From: an uncultured delta proteobacterium
Lineage (GTDB): Bacteria > Desulfobacterota > Binatia > Bin18
NCBI GenBank assembly: GCA_963733195.1
Contig: CAVTCR010000026.1
Span: 56,046 to 120,045 of the forward strand
Reading direction: 5' to 3'
Length of the DNA stretch: 64,000 nucleotides
The position numbers and the translations under genes were made by a program. The notes below the pieces were generated by a model that was not told the DNA's origin, did not search any database, and saw nothing but the letters and a program-made list of their open reading frames with translations. Below are positions 1-11,093 of this stretch, in pieces (positions within the stretch are counted from its first letter, which is position 1; the number at the start of each line of letters is the position of its first letter).

Positions 1-136
1 GTAACAGTTCGAGATATGCTTGAGCGGTGTTTTCAACGGCAACAGTTTTTTGCGGCATAGGTGGAGTCCTGAAGGTGGGATCATCGGGTCAGGAAGAGCA
101 AAGGATACCGACCCCTATTCCCTAATACTCTGGTCC

Positions 137-1234
137 TTAGTAGATGATAACGCTTCTCGCCACTTCGCCTTTTTCCATCCATTCGAAGGCGTCATTCACC
201 TGTTCCAGCTTGATTCGTCGTGAGACCAATTCGTCGAGTTTGAGACGCTTATTCATGTAGAGTTCGAGCAACCGAGGCATATCGACACTCGGACGGGCGG
301 AGCCGTAGATCGAGCCTTTGAGGGTTTTTTCTTGCAGCAGGGAAAGGGCAGGTATCATGACCATGTCGTCAGGCTTAGCGACGCCAACGACAACAGCCGT
401 CCCACCTGGGCAGATCGAGTGATAGGCTTGCACGACGGTGTCTGCCCGGCCAATAACCTCAAAAGCGTACTCCGCGCCTAATCCGTTGGTGAGGCCGAAA
501 ACTTGAGTGATCGGGTCGCCATCCGCAGGATTCACTGTGTGTGTGGCACCAAATTGTTTGGCGAGTGCTAGTTTCTTAGGATTGAGATCTACCGCGATGA
601 TCTTGTCTGCTCCCGCGAGTACTGCGCCTTGAACAACATTGAGCCCAACGCCACCACAGCCGATCACCACCACACTTGAACCTGGTTCAACCTTAGCAGT
701 GTTGATGACCGCGCCCACGCCTGTCATGACGCCACAACCGACCAGGGCAGCAGCTTCAAATGGAACATCCGAACGAATCGGTACGACGCCAGCCTCAGGA
801 ACAACGGCATATTCACCGAACGACCCCACACCAGTAAAGACGCGGATTTCCGTATCGCCTTTATGCAGGCGACTAGTGCCATCGGGCAGATAGCCTTGCA
901 GGATCGCCATGCTTCCGGTTTGGCAGAGTTGTGGACGACCAGTGACACAGTAGCCACACTTTCCGCACGACGGACGCCAGGAGAGAATTACATGGTCGCC
1001 AGGTTGTACACTGGTCACATCAGCGCCGACTTCCTGGACGATCCCGGCACCTTCATGCCCAAGCACCGCAGGTGGAGGAGGAAAGGGCAGGGTGCCGTTC
1101 ATTACCGACAGATCACTATGACACACGCCACTGGCGGCAACTTTGACCAGCACCTCTCCGCGTTTGGGTTTGTCGATATCGATCTCTTCGATCTTCAGGG
1201 GAGCGTTGTGCTCGTAAAACACCGCAGCTTTCAT
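137..1234 (-). CDS. Zn-dependent alcohol dehydrogenase (class III-like MDR family)
   Basis: GVCHSD, GHEGAG, structural Zn CGKCGYC..C and GCGGVG Rossmann motifs; RBS ggaggga upstream. Confidence 0.92.
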   Translation of the reverse strand: MKAAVFYEHNAPLKIEEIDIDKPKRGEVLVKVAASGVCHSDLSVMNGTLPFPPPPAVLGHEGAGIVQEVGADVTSVQPGDHVILSWRPSCGKCGYCVTGRPQLCQTGSMAILQGYLPDGTSRLHKGDTEIRVFTGVGSFGEYAVVPEAGVVPIRSDVPFEAAALVGCGVMTGVGAVINTAKVEPGSSVVVIGCGGVGLNVVQGAVLAGADKIIAVDLNPKKLALAKQFGATHTVNPADGDPITQVFGLTNGLGAEYAFEVIGRADTVVQAYHSICPGGTAVVVGVAKPDDMVMIPALSLLQEKTLKGSIYGSARPSVDMPRLLELYMNKRLKLDELVSRRIKLEQVNDAFEWMEKGEVARSVIIY

Positions 1235-1330
1235 GGTGCATCCCTCCTGTGCGACTCTCGTTGTGCCCCACTATGGCACACGGGATATAACGAGAACAGC
1301 ACAGGCGATGGTAATGTTGATGTGTCCCAG

Positions 1331-1352
1331 GTAGAACAGGCTTCCAGCCTGT
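1331..1352. repeat. REP-like GTAG-headed hairpin
   Basis: gtaga-acaggct-tcc-agcctgt in the intergenic region between divergent genes. Confidence 0.5.
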
Positions 1353-1368
1353 AATGAGGAGGAAAACT

Positions 1369-1914
1369 ATGCCCAAATTGACCAAAGCTGAAATGAGCGA
1401 ATTTTTACAGGAACGCGGACACCTCGCCCGTATTGCGACGATCAACGCCGACGGCGCCCCAAGTGTGGTACCGGTGTGGTTTATCTGTGAGGACGGCAAG
1501 ATCTTGATTACACCGCGTAAGTACTCGGCCTTTTACGCAAACGTCCAGCGCGACCCGCGTGTGGCGATTACCGTTGATGAAGAAGCTGGGCGCTATCGTA
1601 AAGTGTTGGTCGAAGGGAAAGCGGAGATTCTCTACACGCCGGGTCAGGATGACATCTGGCGTGATACCTACCGTCGCATCTCGCGTCGTTACATCGATGA
1701 TCAGTCAGCGGACTATTACATTACCGAAACGATCGACCAGCCTCGTGCACTGATAGGGGTAGAACTCACCAAAGCAAAAGTCACAACCTGGCGGATGCCG
1801 AAAGAAGGCGAAGCCTACACTGGCATTTGGCATAAGCGGTACTATGAGGAAGGCTCGAAGATGGGAGAAACAGGCGGAGGACGGGTGGTGCCGCGGCAAG
1901 CGGAAGTCAGTTGA
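1369..1914 (+). CDS. Pyridoxamine 5'-phosphate oxidase-like (PPOX/F420-type split-barrel) oxidoreductase
   Basis: ARIATINADGAPSVVPVWF and NVQRDPRVAITVD motifs; RBS gaggagg before ATG 1369. Confidence 0.8.
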   Translation: MPKLTKAEMSEFLQERGHLARIATINADGAPSVVPVWFICEDGKILITPRKYSAFYANVQRDPRVAITVDEEAGRYRKVLVEGKAEILYTPGQDDIWRDTYRRISRRYIDDQSADYYITETIDQPRALIGVELTKAKVTTWRMPKEGEAYTGIWHKRYYEEGSKMGETGGGRVVPRQAEVS

Positions 1915-1963
1915 AGATTGGTTAGGCGGAGGGTTTAGTATTCGGGGGAAGACACCTCAATAG

Positions 1964-2079
1964 TATCACCCTGAACCCTTTGCTTCCGCTCATCCTGAGC
2001 GTACGGGCGAAGTCGAAGGACGCTCAGGATAAACTGCGAAGGGTCTCCCTGAGAGATTTTCGCTCCGCTCAGAATGACA
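1964..2079. repeat. Nested palindromic REP-like element between convergent genes
   Basis: Outer arms tatcaccctga...ctcagaatgaca; inner hairpin atcctgagcgt...acgctcaggat. Confidence 0.65.
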
Positions 2080-2101
2080 AGCCTGAGATGTTAGTGTGAG
2101 C

Positions 2102-3304
2102 TTACGCCGCGCACGACGCTGCTAGACTCGATAGCGCCACCTGACGACGTCCTTCACGGACATCGTTGCGGTCAAAACCGTTAGTGAGATAGCTAAACGA
2201 GATTCCTGTTGCCGGATCGGCCCATGCGGTCTGGCCGCCGAAGCCAGGATGTCCAAACGACTCTGGCTGAATTGGTACGACCAAAGCCGCGTTTATTCGC
2301 ATTGCCGTCGCCGCCGGCAATGGCAATGCCGAGCCCGCGATTAGCGAGCATACCGAGATACGGATCTTTGAGTTCGCCGGTACGAACGCGACGGGCTTCG
2401 CGTAACATCTCTGGCTGCCAAATCTGTTTGCCATCGTACGATCGTCCGTCGTTTAACAGTGCTTGATAGAATAGTGCAATGTCACCGGCAGTAGTGATCC
2501 CGCCTGCCGACGGTGACCCTGCCATTCTCGTCGCGAGTTCATTGAGTTCAAGTACGCCTTCTTCGCTAATCGCCGATACGCCACCACGCGGTGGTTTCAT
2601 GCCCATTTTTGCATACTCTTCAGCAGTCATCGGCTGCCCAACCCAGCGCAGTTCAGCAACGCGCTTGTTCAGCTCCTCGGTGATCTTTACTCGCAAGATC
2701 GGGAATTCCAAGAGGTTCGGCGATACGGGTACGGACGAAATCGTGATACGCCTGTCCACTAGTACGTTCGACGATGTCGGCAATCGGCCAGAAGTTGGCA
2801 GAAATGTGATAGACAAATTTCTCGCCTGGTTTATGGTCGGTTTTCCACTGCGCGTACCGTTCCGTGCGCCGTTTTTTATCAGCCCAATCTTTCTGCCAGT
2901 GCGGTGCATACGGAATGGCTGACGTATGAATGAGACATTGCTCGACGGTGATCGCGTCTTTGCCGTTGGTGCCGAACTCAGGCACGAATTTCACGATCGT
3001 GGTCGCCTATCTGCAGTTTCCCTTCCTGCATCAACATCCACGCCGAGGCTGCAGTGAACGCTTTGGTGGCAGACATGATGACGAAGAACGTCTCATTGGT
3101 GGCCGGTTTTTCAACGCCATCTTGGACAGCGCGACCAAAGGTCTGCATCGCTCCGATCTTGCCATTACGGGCGATAGCAACCTGACAGGCAGGCAGAATG
3201 CCTTCTTTCACTTCACGTTCTGCACGTTCAAAGAGTGCTTGTACTTTCTGTGAATCAAGCCCGACTTCCTCTGGGCTCTTAGCGAAAAAATGTGATGCTG
3301 GCAT
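2102..3304 (-). CDS. Serine hydrolase, beta-lactamase family (split over 4 frames by indels)
   Basis: SATK (SxxK), LIHTS, PGEKFVYH and FGHPGFGGQ..WADP motifs in consecutive ORF fragments; RBS aaggaggg. Confidence 0.82.
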
Positions 3305-3420
3305 GTGACTCTCCCTCCTTATGCTTATTGTTCTAAAGGTAGCTCTACCAATAGTTCGGACAAAAATCAGACGGCGATAACGCCATAAGTCCTCGCTATT
3401 CATCCCGTCATCAGTTAATT

Positions 3421-4463
3421 CTAAGGCACTAGGACCCCCCGGCCAGGCAGACGGCCCGCAATGAGATCGTGCATCGCTTCATTCACCTGGTTAAGCCGGT
3501 ACTCACGAGTAGTGAGTTTTACTTGTCCTTGGGCCGCCAAGGATCATTAGCGCGGACAGCTCGGAATAATTGCCGACCAGCGTGCCGACTACGCTGAACT
3601 CACTAAAAATCATGTCGATCGCCGGGACCTGCACGACTCCCGCCATAGCCAACGACATAGTAAGTCCCGCCGCGCCGTAACATTGCCATGCCCTGGTCAG
3701 GCGTGCCCTTCTCGCCGACAAAATCGATCACCGCATCGGCTCCACCGTCAGTCAGGCGGCGAAGGTCATCCACTGCACCACGCCCGCCTAGCATGCGGTG
3801 TTGAAAGCCCATCTCTGCGGCGAACTGTAAGGCCGGTTCGGAAGTATCCACAATGATAATCGTTCCGGCACACAGGCTGCGCAGCACCTGGGCGGCAATG
3901 TGGCCCAGCCCACCAAAGCCGATAATGGCAGCGGTCATGCCTGGCTTTAAGATTTCTGAGGCTTTGCGTGCTGCCCGGTAAGCAGTGAGACCAGCATCAG
4001 CATACGGTGCCACGGTTTTGGGCTCAAGATTGGCGGGCAGTTTAATCAACGAGCGCTCTTTGGTGTGCAGGAACTGGGCAAAGCCGCCATTATGGCTGAT
4101 GCCTGGAAACCAACTATTCTGGCAGTGCATATCCTCACCACGCCGACAGGCCGGGCAGGTACCATCGGTGACCAAAGGATGGACAATCACCGGGTCGCCG
4201 GGTTTGACTGTCTTCACGTTCGTTCCTACCTCGTGGATCCAGCCAGCGTTCTCGTGGCCGAGAATATAGGGGAGGGGACGGTCTACTTTTGCGCGCCAGA
4301 TGCCTTCGACAATATGCAAGTCCGTCCGACACAGTCCAGCTCCGCCAACACGAACGATGACATCGTCAGGCTCGTGAATCTGTGGATTGGGAAGCTCTTC
4401 AAGTTGAAGAAGCTGTTCTCGTTTCAGCGTTTCATCGAATGCATGAAGTCGAGCTGCTTGCAT
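3421..4463 (-). CDS. NAD(P)-dependent Zn alcohol dehydrogenase (frameshifted near the C-terminus)
   Basis: GLCRTDLH, GHENAG and GFGGLG motifs; C-terminus ...GRLPGRGVLVP* recovered in another frame ending at 3421. Confidence 0.88.
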
Positions 4464-4681
4464 GGCTTCTCCTTATATCTGCCGTATTCTTTTGTTGTCC
4501 TTGCGCGCCTCATACACTACAGGCCGGGCGTTCGTCAACGCAAAAGCACGGCTTCGATGCAACTCGTCACGGCAAAAACGTTGACAATACAGAAGCGTAA
4601 TGCCAAGGTAAGCGCCGAAGTTTAGTCCAGAACGTGTAGCCCTGCTCGTGGCGATACGTAGAATGAGGAGGGGACCGGTTC

Positions 4682-5217
4682 ATGAAGAAAAATATCAATC
4701 GTCGTCAGTTCTTGCAGACGAGTGGTCTTGCTATTGCTGGCGCTGCTGTTGCTGGTACGACCGGGACACTACTGCTTGACCCGAGTGCAACTTGGGCAGT
4801 AGCAAAGGCAACACTCGATGACCATACGACTAAAACACTCGTTGTTATGTGTCGCCAGATCTACCCACATACAGTGATTGAGGATGCGGAGTATGCCAAG
4901 ACTGTCGAAGGGTTTACGAAGAAGGCAAGTACCGATCCCAGCCTTTGCTCAGCTATTGCGCGAGGGTGTTGCTACACTTGATGCCACTGCAAAAGGCAAA
5001 TGGCTAGAGGTTAAAGATGAGGACAAGCTTCAAGTCTTAAAAAGTATTGCTGACTCGCCATTTTTCCAAACAGTGCGAGGGACATTGGTCGGATGCTGGT
5101 GGACCGTACAACCTGCCAACGGTGTGGAAGAAGTTCGGCTACGAAGGGTCTTCGTGGCAGTTGGGTGGGTATCTTGCTCGTGGCTTTGACGACATCAAGT
5201 GGTTGCCAAAGGAATAG
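4682..5217 (+). CDS. Tat-exported small subunit of a GMC flavoprotein dehydrogenase (gluconate 2-dehydrogenase subunit 3-like), frameshifted
   Basis: NRRQFL Tat motif; C-terminal VWKKFGYEG..GGY..RGFDDIKWLP in a shifted frame; directly upstream of the GMC gene. Confidence 0.75.
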
Positions 5218-5231
5218 TGAGGGGAAGGATC

Positions 5232-6801
5232 ATGGCGAATTATGAATTAAAAGACGATAGCGTGGTCGTCATCATCGGCTCTGGTGCGGGCGGTGGTACC
5301 CTGGCCAATGAATTGTGTCAGAAGGGAGTGAAGGTCGTTCTCCTTGAAGCTGGCAAACGCATTGAAATTAAGGATTTTGTCAATGATGAGTGGCCGATGT
5401 TCAACAAGATCGCCTGGCTCGATAAGCGGACTACTTCTGGGTCGTGGCGTGTCGCCAAGAATTTCCCCAATCTTCCAGCATGGACAGTGAAAGCTGTCGG
5501 TGGAACGACTGTACATTGGGCTGGAGCGTCGTTGCGATTTAAGGACTTTGAATTCAAAGCCCGCTCGACCTACGGTGAGATTGCTGGTGCGAACTTGCTC
5601 GATTGGCCAATCACACTTAGCTGATTTAGAGCCGTACTATGCGCGCGCTGAGGATAAGATGGGTGTAACGGGGACCAATAGTATTCCTCGCTTGCCGGGG
5701 AACAATAATTTTAAGGTCCTTGCCGCTGGAGCGAAGAAACTCGGTTACAAGCAAGTCCACACTGGCAATATGGCGATTAACTCACAGCCGCGTGACGGAC
5801 GTAGCGGATGTATGCAAATTGGCTTCTGCTTTGAAGGTTGTAAGAGCGGAGCAAAATGGTCGACGTTGTATACGGAGATCCCCAAGGCCGAGGCGACAGG
5901 CAAACTTGACTTACGACCAGAGAGCCAGGTATTGCGTATTCTTCATAACGACAAAGGAAAAGTTTCTGGCGTTGTCTATGCCGACAAAAACGGCAAGCAG
6001 GTCGAGCAAAAAGCCCGGGTCGTCTGTGTCGCTGCGAACTCAATCGAAAGTGCGCGGCTGCTTCTCAACTCTTCCTCGAACACATTCCCAAATGGGTTGG
6101 CCAATTCTTCTGGACAGGTTGGGCGCAATTATATGCGCCATATGACTGGCAGCGTATATGGCATGTTTCCTAACGAAGTGAATATGCACCGTGGCACGAT
6201 AATGGCTGGGATTGTTGAGGACGAAGCGATCAATGATCCGAAGCGTGGTTTTGTCGGTGGCTATCATATGGAGACCATTTCACTTGGGTTGCCGTTCATG
6301 GCCGCGTTTCTTGATCCGGGAGCATGGGGACGCGACTTTACCGAGATGCTCGATCAATTTAATCACATGGCTGGCATGTGGCTGGTCGGTGAGGATATGC
6401 CGCGTGAGAGCAATCGCATCACGTTGCATGCAACTGAAAAAGACCAGTTTGGTATGCCCATTCCTAACGTGCATTTTGATGACCACGACAACGATGTTGC
6501 AATGCGTAAGCACGCCTATAAACAAGGATCTGCAATCTACAGTGCGGTTGGCGCGACGAAAAACTTTGAAACGCCGCCGTATCCTTCAACGCACAATTTG
6601 GGGACCAACCGCATGAGCGAGAAGTCGCGCGACGGTGTGGTGAACAAGTGGGGACAATCCCACGATATCGCTAACTTATTTATTTCTGATGGCAGCCAAT
6701 TTACGACCGGCGGGGCGTCAAATCCAACTTTGACGATTGTAACTCTTGCAATTCGGCAGGCTGAGTATATTACTGAGGCGATGAGTAAGCAGGATATCTG
6801 A
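5232..6801 (+). CDS. GMC family FAD oxidoreductase with Cys-rich 3Fe-4S-type motif (one frameshift near 5620)
   Basis: IIGSGAGGG, VGGTTVHW, CMQIGFCFEGC, HNLGTNRM and NPTLTI motifs. Confidence 0.9.
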
Positions 6802-6923
6802 ACGACTAAAGCATAATACGTAATAGCGTAATCCCCACCGCTCCCTTTACGTTTTACGTATCTCTACTAGCCGGAATAGCCCATGGTCTCATCCAGGGCC
6901 ATGGGTGTAGTAGGAGCGCGGCT

Positions 6924-7277
6924 CTACGACGCCGTAAACCCTTTCACGTATTTAATCAGCGCACGAATTTGCTCATCGTTGAGAATTCCCTCATACGAAG
7001 GCATGAGCGGTGATTTCCCGACACTGGCGCCACCTTCCTTGAGGAGTTTCGTCAGATACGCGGTATCCTTGCCTTTGAGGACAGTGGCCAAGTTTGCTGG
7101 CTTAGGTTGTAATACTTGAGCCGTTGGTCCGTCGCCTTTGCCCTCAGGACCATGGCACATGGCGCAGGTTTGGTCGTAGAGTTGCTTCGCTTCTTGCCCA
7201 TAGGCAGCCTCGGCGGCAAGATAAATAAAAAAGACACTCGCAGTGACTAAGAGCACTGGCTTCTGATACATCTTCAT
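6924..7277 (-). CDS. Monoheme cytochrome c
   Basis: Signal peptide, CAMCH heme motif and distal Met in LMPSY. Confidence 0.88.
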   Translation of the reverse strand: MKMYQKPVLLVTASVFFIYLAAEAAYGQEAKQLYDQTCAMCHGPEGKGDGPTAQVLQPKPANLATVLKGKDTAYLTKLLKEGGASVGKSPLMPSYEGILNDEQIRALIKYVKGFTAS

Positions 7278-7559
7278 TCATGTGTTCCCTTCAAAGACAG
7301 CAAGGATAATACACAAACGCTGACAATATAAACGAGGAAATGGGAAAACTAAAAGGGGGAAAGGCGAAACGGGGCAAAGGGGAAACGGAAAATAAAAAAA
7401 GCTCTAAACTACAGGCTGTAGGGAAAAACCAAACCGTTTGATCTACCCATCTCGCCGGCGCTCTCCCCAACGGCGCCGCCCCTGACTCCGCAGTGAAATG
7501 TCTGCCGGCCGGCTGACCGCCCCGCGACCGACCTTTGCCTGACGCTTCGTGCTTTTCCA

Positions 7560-7840
7560 GAGACGCTGCTATCTCTGTGGTTGAGCGCTCCTTCACGAAA
7601 ATCCCTTTTACTCGTATAGGTGTGTGAGATCGGAGTGGTTCCGATTAACGTCCAGCGTACATCCTTGGCCGAGATATTGAAGAAGGCCGTCCCGTCTCCA
7701 CACCACGTACCATAAAGAGCGCACAGTTTCGTTTCACCTGATCTTCCTGCCAGGTCAGACTGGGGCCAGCGCGCCAGCAATCCTTCCAACGCGATCATTG
7801 CTTCGAGCCGTGCTTAGCCTGCGCCCACGCAAAAATGGAT
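7560..7840 (-). pseudogene. Mosaic of gene remnants: cytochrome P450 C-terminal fragment plus SnoaL/NTF2-like fragment
   Basis: Minus-strand IHFCVGAG*ARLEAMIALEGLLARWP (P450 heme-Cys region with an in-frame TAA), followed by FFNISAKDVRWTLIGTTPISHTYTSK. Confidence 0.6.
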
Positions 7841-7984
7841 GCGCTCTTCATAAACGGCGACCATCGCCCGAGCCTCGTTCAGTGCGGAGCCGAAATCCTC
7901 TTCTAGGAACCCTTCGCGTCGGACAACGCGATGCTGCTTTCCTTGCGGCAAGTGGTGACCTCTTGAGGACGCGCGCACAAACCG

Positions 7985-9106
7985 CTAGAGCGTGAGCCCA
8001 TAAAACTCCGCTACGTTATCGTGGAGAATCCAGTTCTTCTGATCCTCAGTGAGCGACTGTGCGTGCGTGCGGAGGAGCTCCTGCGAATTCGGCCAGGTCG
8101 AATCGCTGTGCGGGAAATCATTCGCCCACATCAGGCGGCGCGGATTCAACATGCCGGCGCTCTTGAACGCCACCCAATCATCCTGGAAGGTCGTGTAGAT
8201 ATGCTCGCTGAAATACTCGCTCGGCTTCTTCGACAACTTGCTGGTCGTGAGCCAATAGCGATGGCGGTCATAAGCATGGTCCATGCGGTACATGAAATGC
8301 GGGACCCAACCAGCGTCCGCCTCGACGCAGGCGATCCTGAGGTTGGGATGCCGCTCGAACACCCCACCGAAAATGAACATCCCCATGATGTCCTGATTGC
8401 CGCGGATGATTGAGAGGAAGGAGTTGATCTTCGGCCCGCGGGGAGCGACCGCGATTCCTTCGCGCGACGTCAGAATATGGAAACTCAACGGCATTTGCAG
8501 CGCAATGGCCGCCTCGAAGAACTCATCATAGATCGGGCTGTCGTAGTCTTCCTGGATCGGGAAGCCGGGCATCATCACTCCGCGCAGGCCCATCGCCTTC
8601 ATCTTCTCGAGGTCCTTAATCCCTTCCTCAGGTGTCCGCATTGCGGTCTGGCCGAGCCCTAGCAGACGATCGGGATGGGCGCCGCAATACTCCGCGATCC
8701 ACAGGTTGTAGGCGTCGAAGCAGGCCTTCTTGTAGTCAGCATCGGGATGGTTGCACAGGACCATCCCGACGCTGGGATAAATGACCTCCGCGGCCACGCC
8801 GTCCCGCTCCTGGTCGGCCATGCGCGCCTCGGGGTCCCATCCCCCGCGATGGAGGTCTGTGAACTTGGCAAAACGCGCTGAGGTTGCCAAGCCCTCGGCG
8901 GAAACGCCCGCTGCCGCGACGAGTCCCATGGGGATGGTCTGCTGCATCCCGTCAATCACGTACGAGTCGCCGCTTTTGTCTTGCCACTCAACGTGCGGCG
9001 CAATGTCCTTGTACTTTTTGTCGATCCGTGCCGTGTACGTGTCCGGCGGCTCCATAATGTGAGAATCCGAGGAGATGATGGGTTTGTTGATGACGCTGTT
9101 TGCCAT
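7985..9106 (-). CDS. Amidohydrolase family protein (amidohydro_2 type)
   Basis: SSDSHIMEP, SFHI, VEADAGW and WANDFPHSDSTWP motifs. Confidence 0.9.
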   Translation of the reverse strand: MANSVINKPIISSDSHIMEPPDTYTARIDKKYKDIAPHVEWQDKSGDSYVIDGMQQTIPMGLVAAAGVSAEGLATSARFAKFTDLHRGGWDPEARMADQERDGVAAEVIYPSVGMVLCNHPDADYKKACFDAYNLWIAEYCGAHPDRLLGLGQTAMRTPEEGIKDLEKMKAMGLRGVMMPGFPIQEDYDSPIYDEFFEAAIALQMPLSFHILTSREGIAVAPRGPKINSFLSIIRGNQDIMGMFIFGGVFERHPNLRIACVEADAGWVPHFMYRMDHAYDRHRYWLTTSKLSKKPSEYFSEHIYTTFQDDWVAFKSAGMLNPRRLMWANDFPHSDSTWPNSQELLRTHAQSLTEDQKNWILHDNVAEFYGLTL

Positions 9107-9231
9107 GCTTCGCTGCTCCTTTCTTCAACTGCTCAGCCGCCTCGAATACTTGATAGGCGTGCCTGCATTATTTTATTTCAAATCTTCTCCAAATCGAGCT
9201 AGTTCATAGGTATAACTAAAAGTGGAGCACC

Positions 9232-9885
9232 TCACCGGGTGTCGTGCTCGAGCCGTACTGAAACTGGCGCTCGGTCTTCAGCTACATGCAGCGGAGCCGG
9301 CATCGCCCGCGCGTGATGCGAACGGTAGCTGCCAATGAGGATTACTTGCGCTAGGCCGCGACCGACGTTGCGCCAACGGTGTGGCGCGATACTCTTGTAG
9401 CGCACGCTGTCACCGACCCGCAGTTCAAACACGCGGTCACCGATGATGAGCTCGATCCGGCCTTGGATACAAATGAGCAGCTCTTCGCCTCGGTGCGTGA
9501 CGGTATCGGGCCCGCTGTCCTGCCCGGGCGGGATGAAGAATTCGTACGCGTCGAATTCGGGATCGCGAAGATCACCGGCGAGGGATTCAACACGCACGCC
9601 GTTCCGCGCCTGCACCGTCCGCCGACCGCGCGCCGGACAATAGCTTATGTCCAGCTCACCCGTGTCCTCGCCAATCAGGAAGCTCACGCGCTTGCGCAGG
9701 CCATTCGCGACCTTGGACAGGACCGACAAGGAGGGCACCATCTGCCCAGCCTCGATCTTCTGGATCGTGCTAACCGCCACCCCGCACCGCTGAGCGAGCT
9801 CCTGCAACGTCCAGCCCGCTTCCTGGCGGGCCGCGCGCACCCGTTCCGCAAGAACCGCTTCAGTGGAAGCTCGATTATCCGTCAT
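9232..9885 (-). CDS. XRE-family HTH plus cupin transcriptional regulator
   Basis: TLQELAQRCGVAVSTIQKIE HTH; HRGEE...GDS....PHRWRN cupin; start uncertain (ATG 9885 preferred over 10101). Confidence 0.85.
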   Translation of the reverse strand: MTDNRASTEAVLAERVRAARQEAGWTLQELAQRCGVAVSTIQKIEAGQMVPSLSVLSKVANGLRKRVSFLIGEDTGELDISYCPARGRRTVQARNGVRVESLAGDLRDPEFDAYEFFIPPGQDSGPDTVTHRGEELLICIQGRIELIIGDRVFELRVGDSVRYKSIAPHRWRNVGRGLAQVILIGSYRSHHARAMPAPLHVAEDRAPVSVRLEHDTR

Positions 9886-10621
9886 GATGAGCGCTTGTGA
9901 GCGCAGCTCCTGTTTCCAATATGCGTATACTTGTGCGTGTATCGGATTTTCCAATCCACCTACGGATATGAGCGTATCAGAAAACAGGACCACGTCAATA
10001 AGGAAGCCAGGCTCGTGCACTCGGGGTGTCTCAATCCGGGCCTGGCCGAAGGACGTGTTAATCCCGAGCTCGGGATACATACGTGTCTCGGTGTACCTCA
10101 ATTATGAATATAACTATTAGTGAATATCAACGTGAGAAAATACGAAAGTGATCAGCAGCTACCTATTTACGAAGCTTCACCTACAAGGCGTTTATCGGAC
10201 ATTTTGTGAGAGGAACGAGTTTGAGAGGTCAGTCTGAGCCTCGTTATACGGTTCCGGTGCAAATGTAGAGTCGAGCTGATAGTTATGCAGTATAAGCTTA
10301 TTTCACGAGGATTCTGCTGAGCTATTCAAAGGTCGTCACTTTAATTCCGAGATCATCACTCTCTAGATTCTGCCACGCTTACGAGCACCCACGTCTCGCG
10401 CTCTACTTTTCTGGAAACTGCCCACGCAAAGAGGAAAAATCCCGTATTCCCTGGGCGATTCCTTTACCACTAAAATAACTTGTTCGCCTCAGCATACGGG
10501 ATCGTATCTTCTGTGATCGCTTTGTAAGTGCCAGTTTCCATATGAGCGTGTGATGACTACCTGAGGACGGAACACACCACAGGCTGGCGGTTGGCTGGCA
10601 CGCCAGGAAAGGACACGAAAC

Positions 10622-10849
10622 ATGGGAACGAGGCAAGACCGTGAAGGGGACGGAGAAAACGCGGCCGCGCAACGCCGGATTGAGGAGCTGCGCGGTGAGC
10701 TCGAACGAAAACACAATGAACTGGACGGGCTGCTGCTGCGCAGTGAAACGCTGCACCCGAGTGCCTACGGGGCGCTGCAGGGGCAGTTGGAAGAGGAGAT
10801 TGAGAAGCTGCAGGCGGAACTCAAGAGCTTGACCGCAGTGGCCGGATAA
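10622..10849 (+). CDS. Small coiled-coil hypothetical protein
   Basis: RBS-like aggaaagga; heptad Leu/Glu pattern; GC-rich codon usage. Confidence 0.5.
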   Translation: MGTRQDREGDGENAAAQRRIEELRGELERKHNELDGLLLRSETLHPSAYGALQGQLEEEIEKLQAELKSLTAVAG

Positions 10850-11093
10850 ACAGGGACCAGCCGCCGGTGACACTGTGCGGGTGGTATCGGAAGGTGGCGG
10901 TCAGCGAGGAAGGGGAGCTGGAGACCACCATCCTGTGAAAAGTCGGTCAGTGACAAATGTGTATGGGAAGCTATTGGCACACTGCTCGGTAAAGGGTTGA
11001 CCGTATGTCTGCGCTCACAAAGCAAGACTGGAATCCTCCGCTGGGACGAGAGCACTGAGTGTCCAGGTCGTCACTCCCCAACTCTCGTCAAGT

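Noticed and set aside
9886-10101. 72-aa N-terminal extension of the XRE-cupin regulator
   Set aside because: It begins at an alternative start codon and looks non-coding. Typical family length fits a start near 9885.
10975-10990. Sigma54 promoter (tggcac...)
   Set aside because: The -12 position reads TCGG rather than TTGC, and no gene starts suitably downstream.
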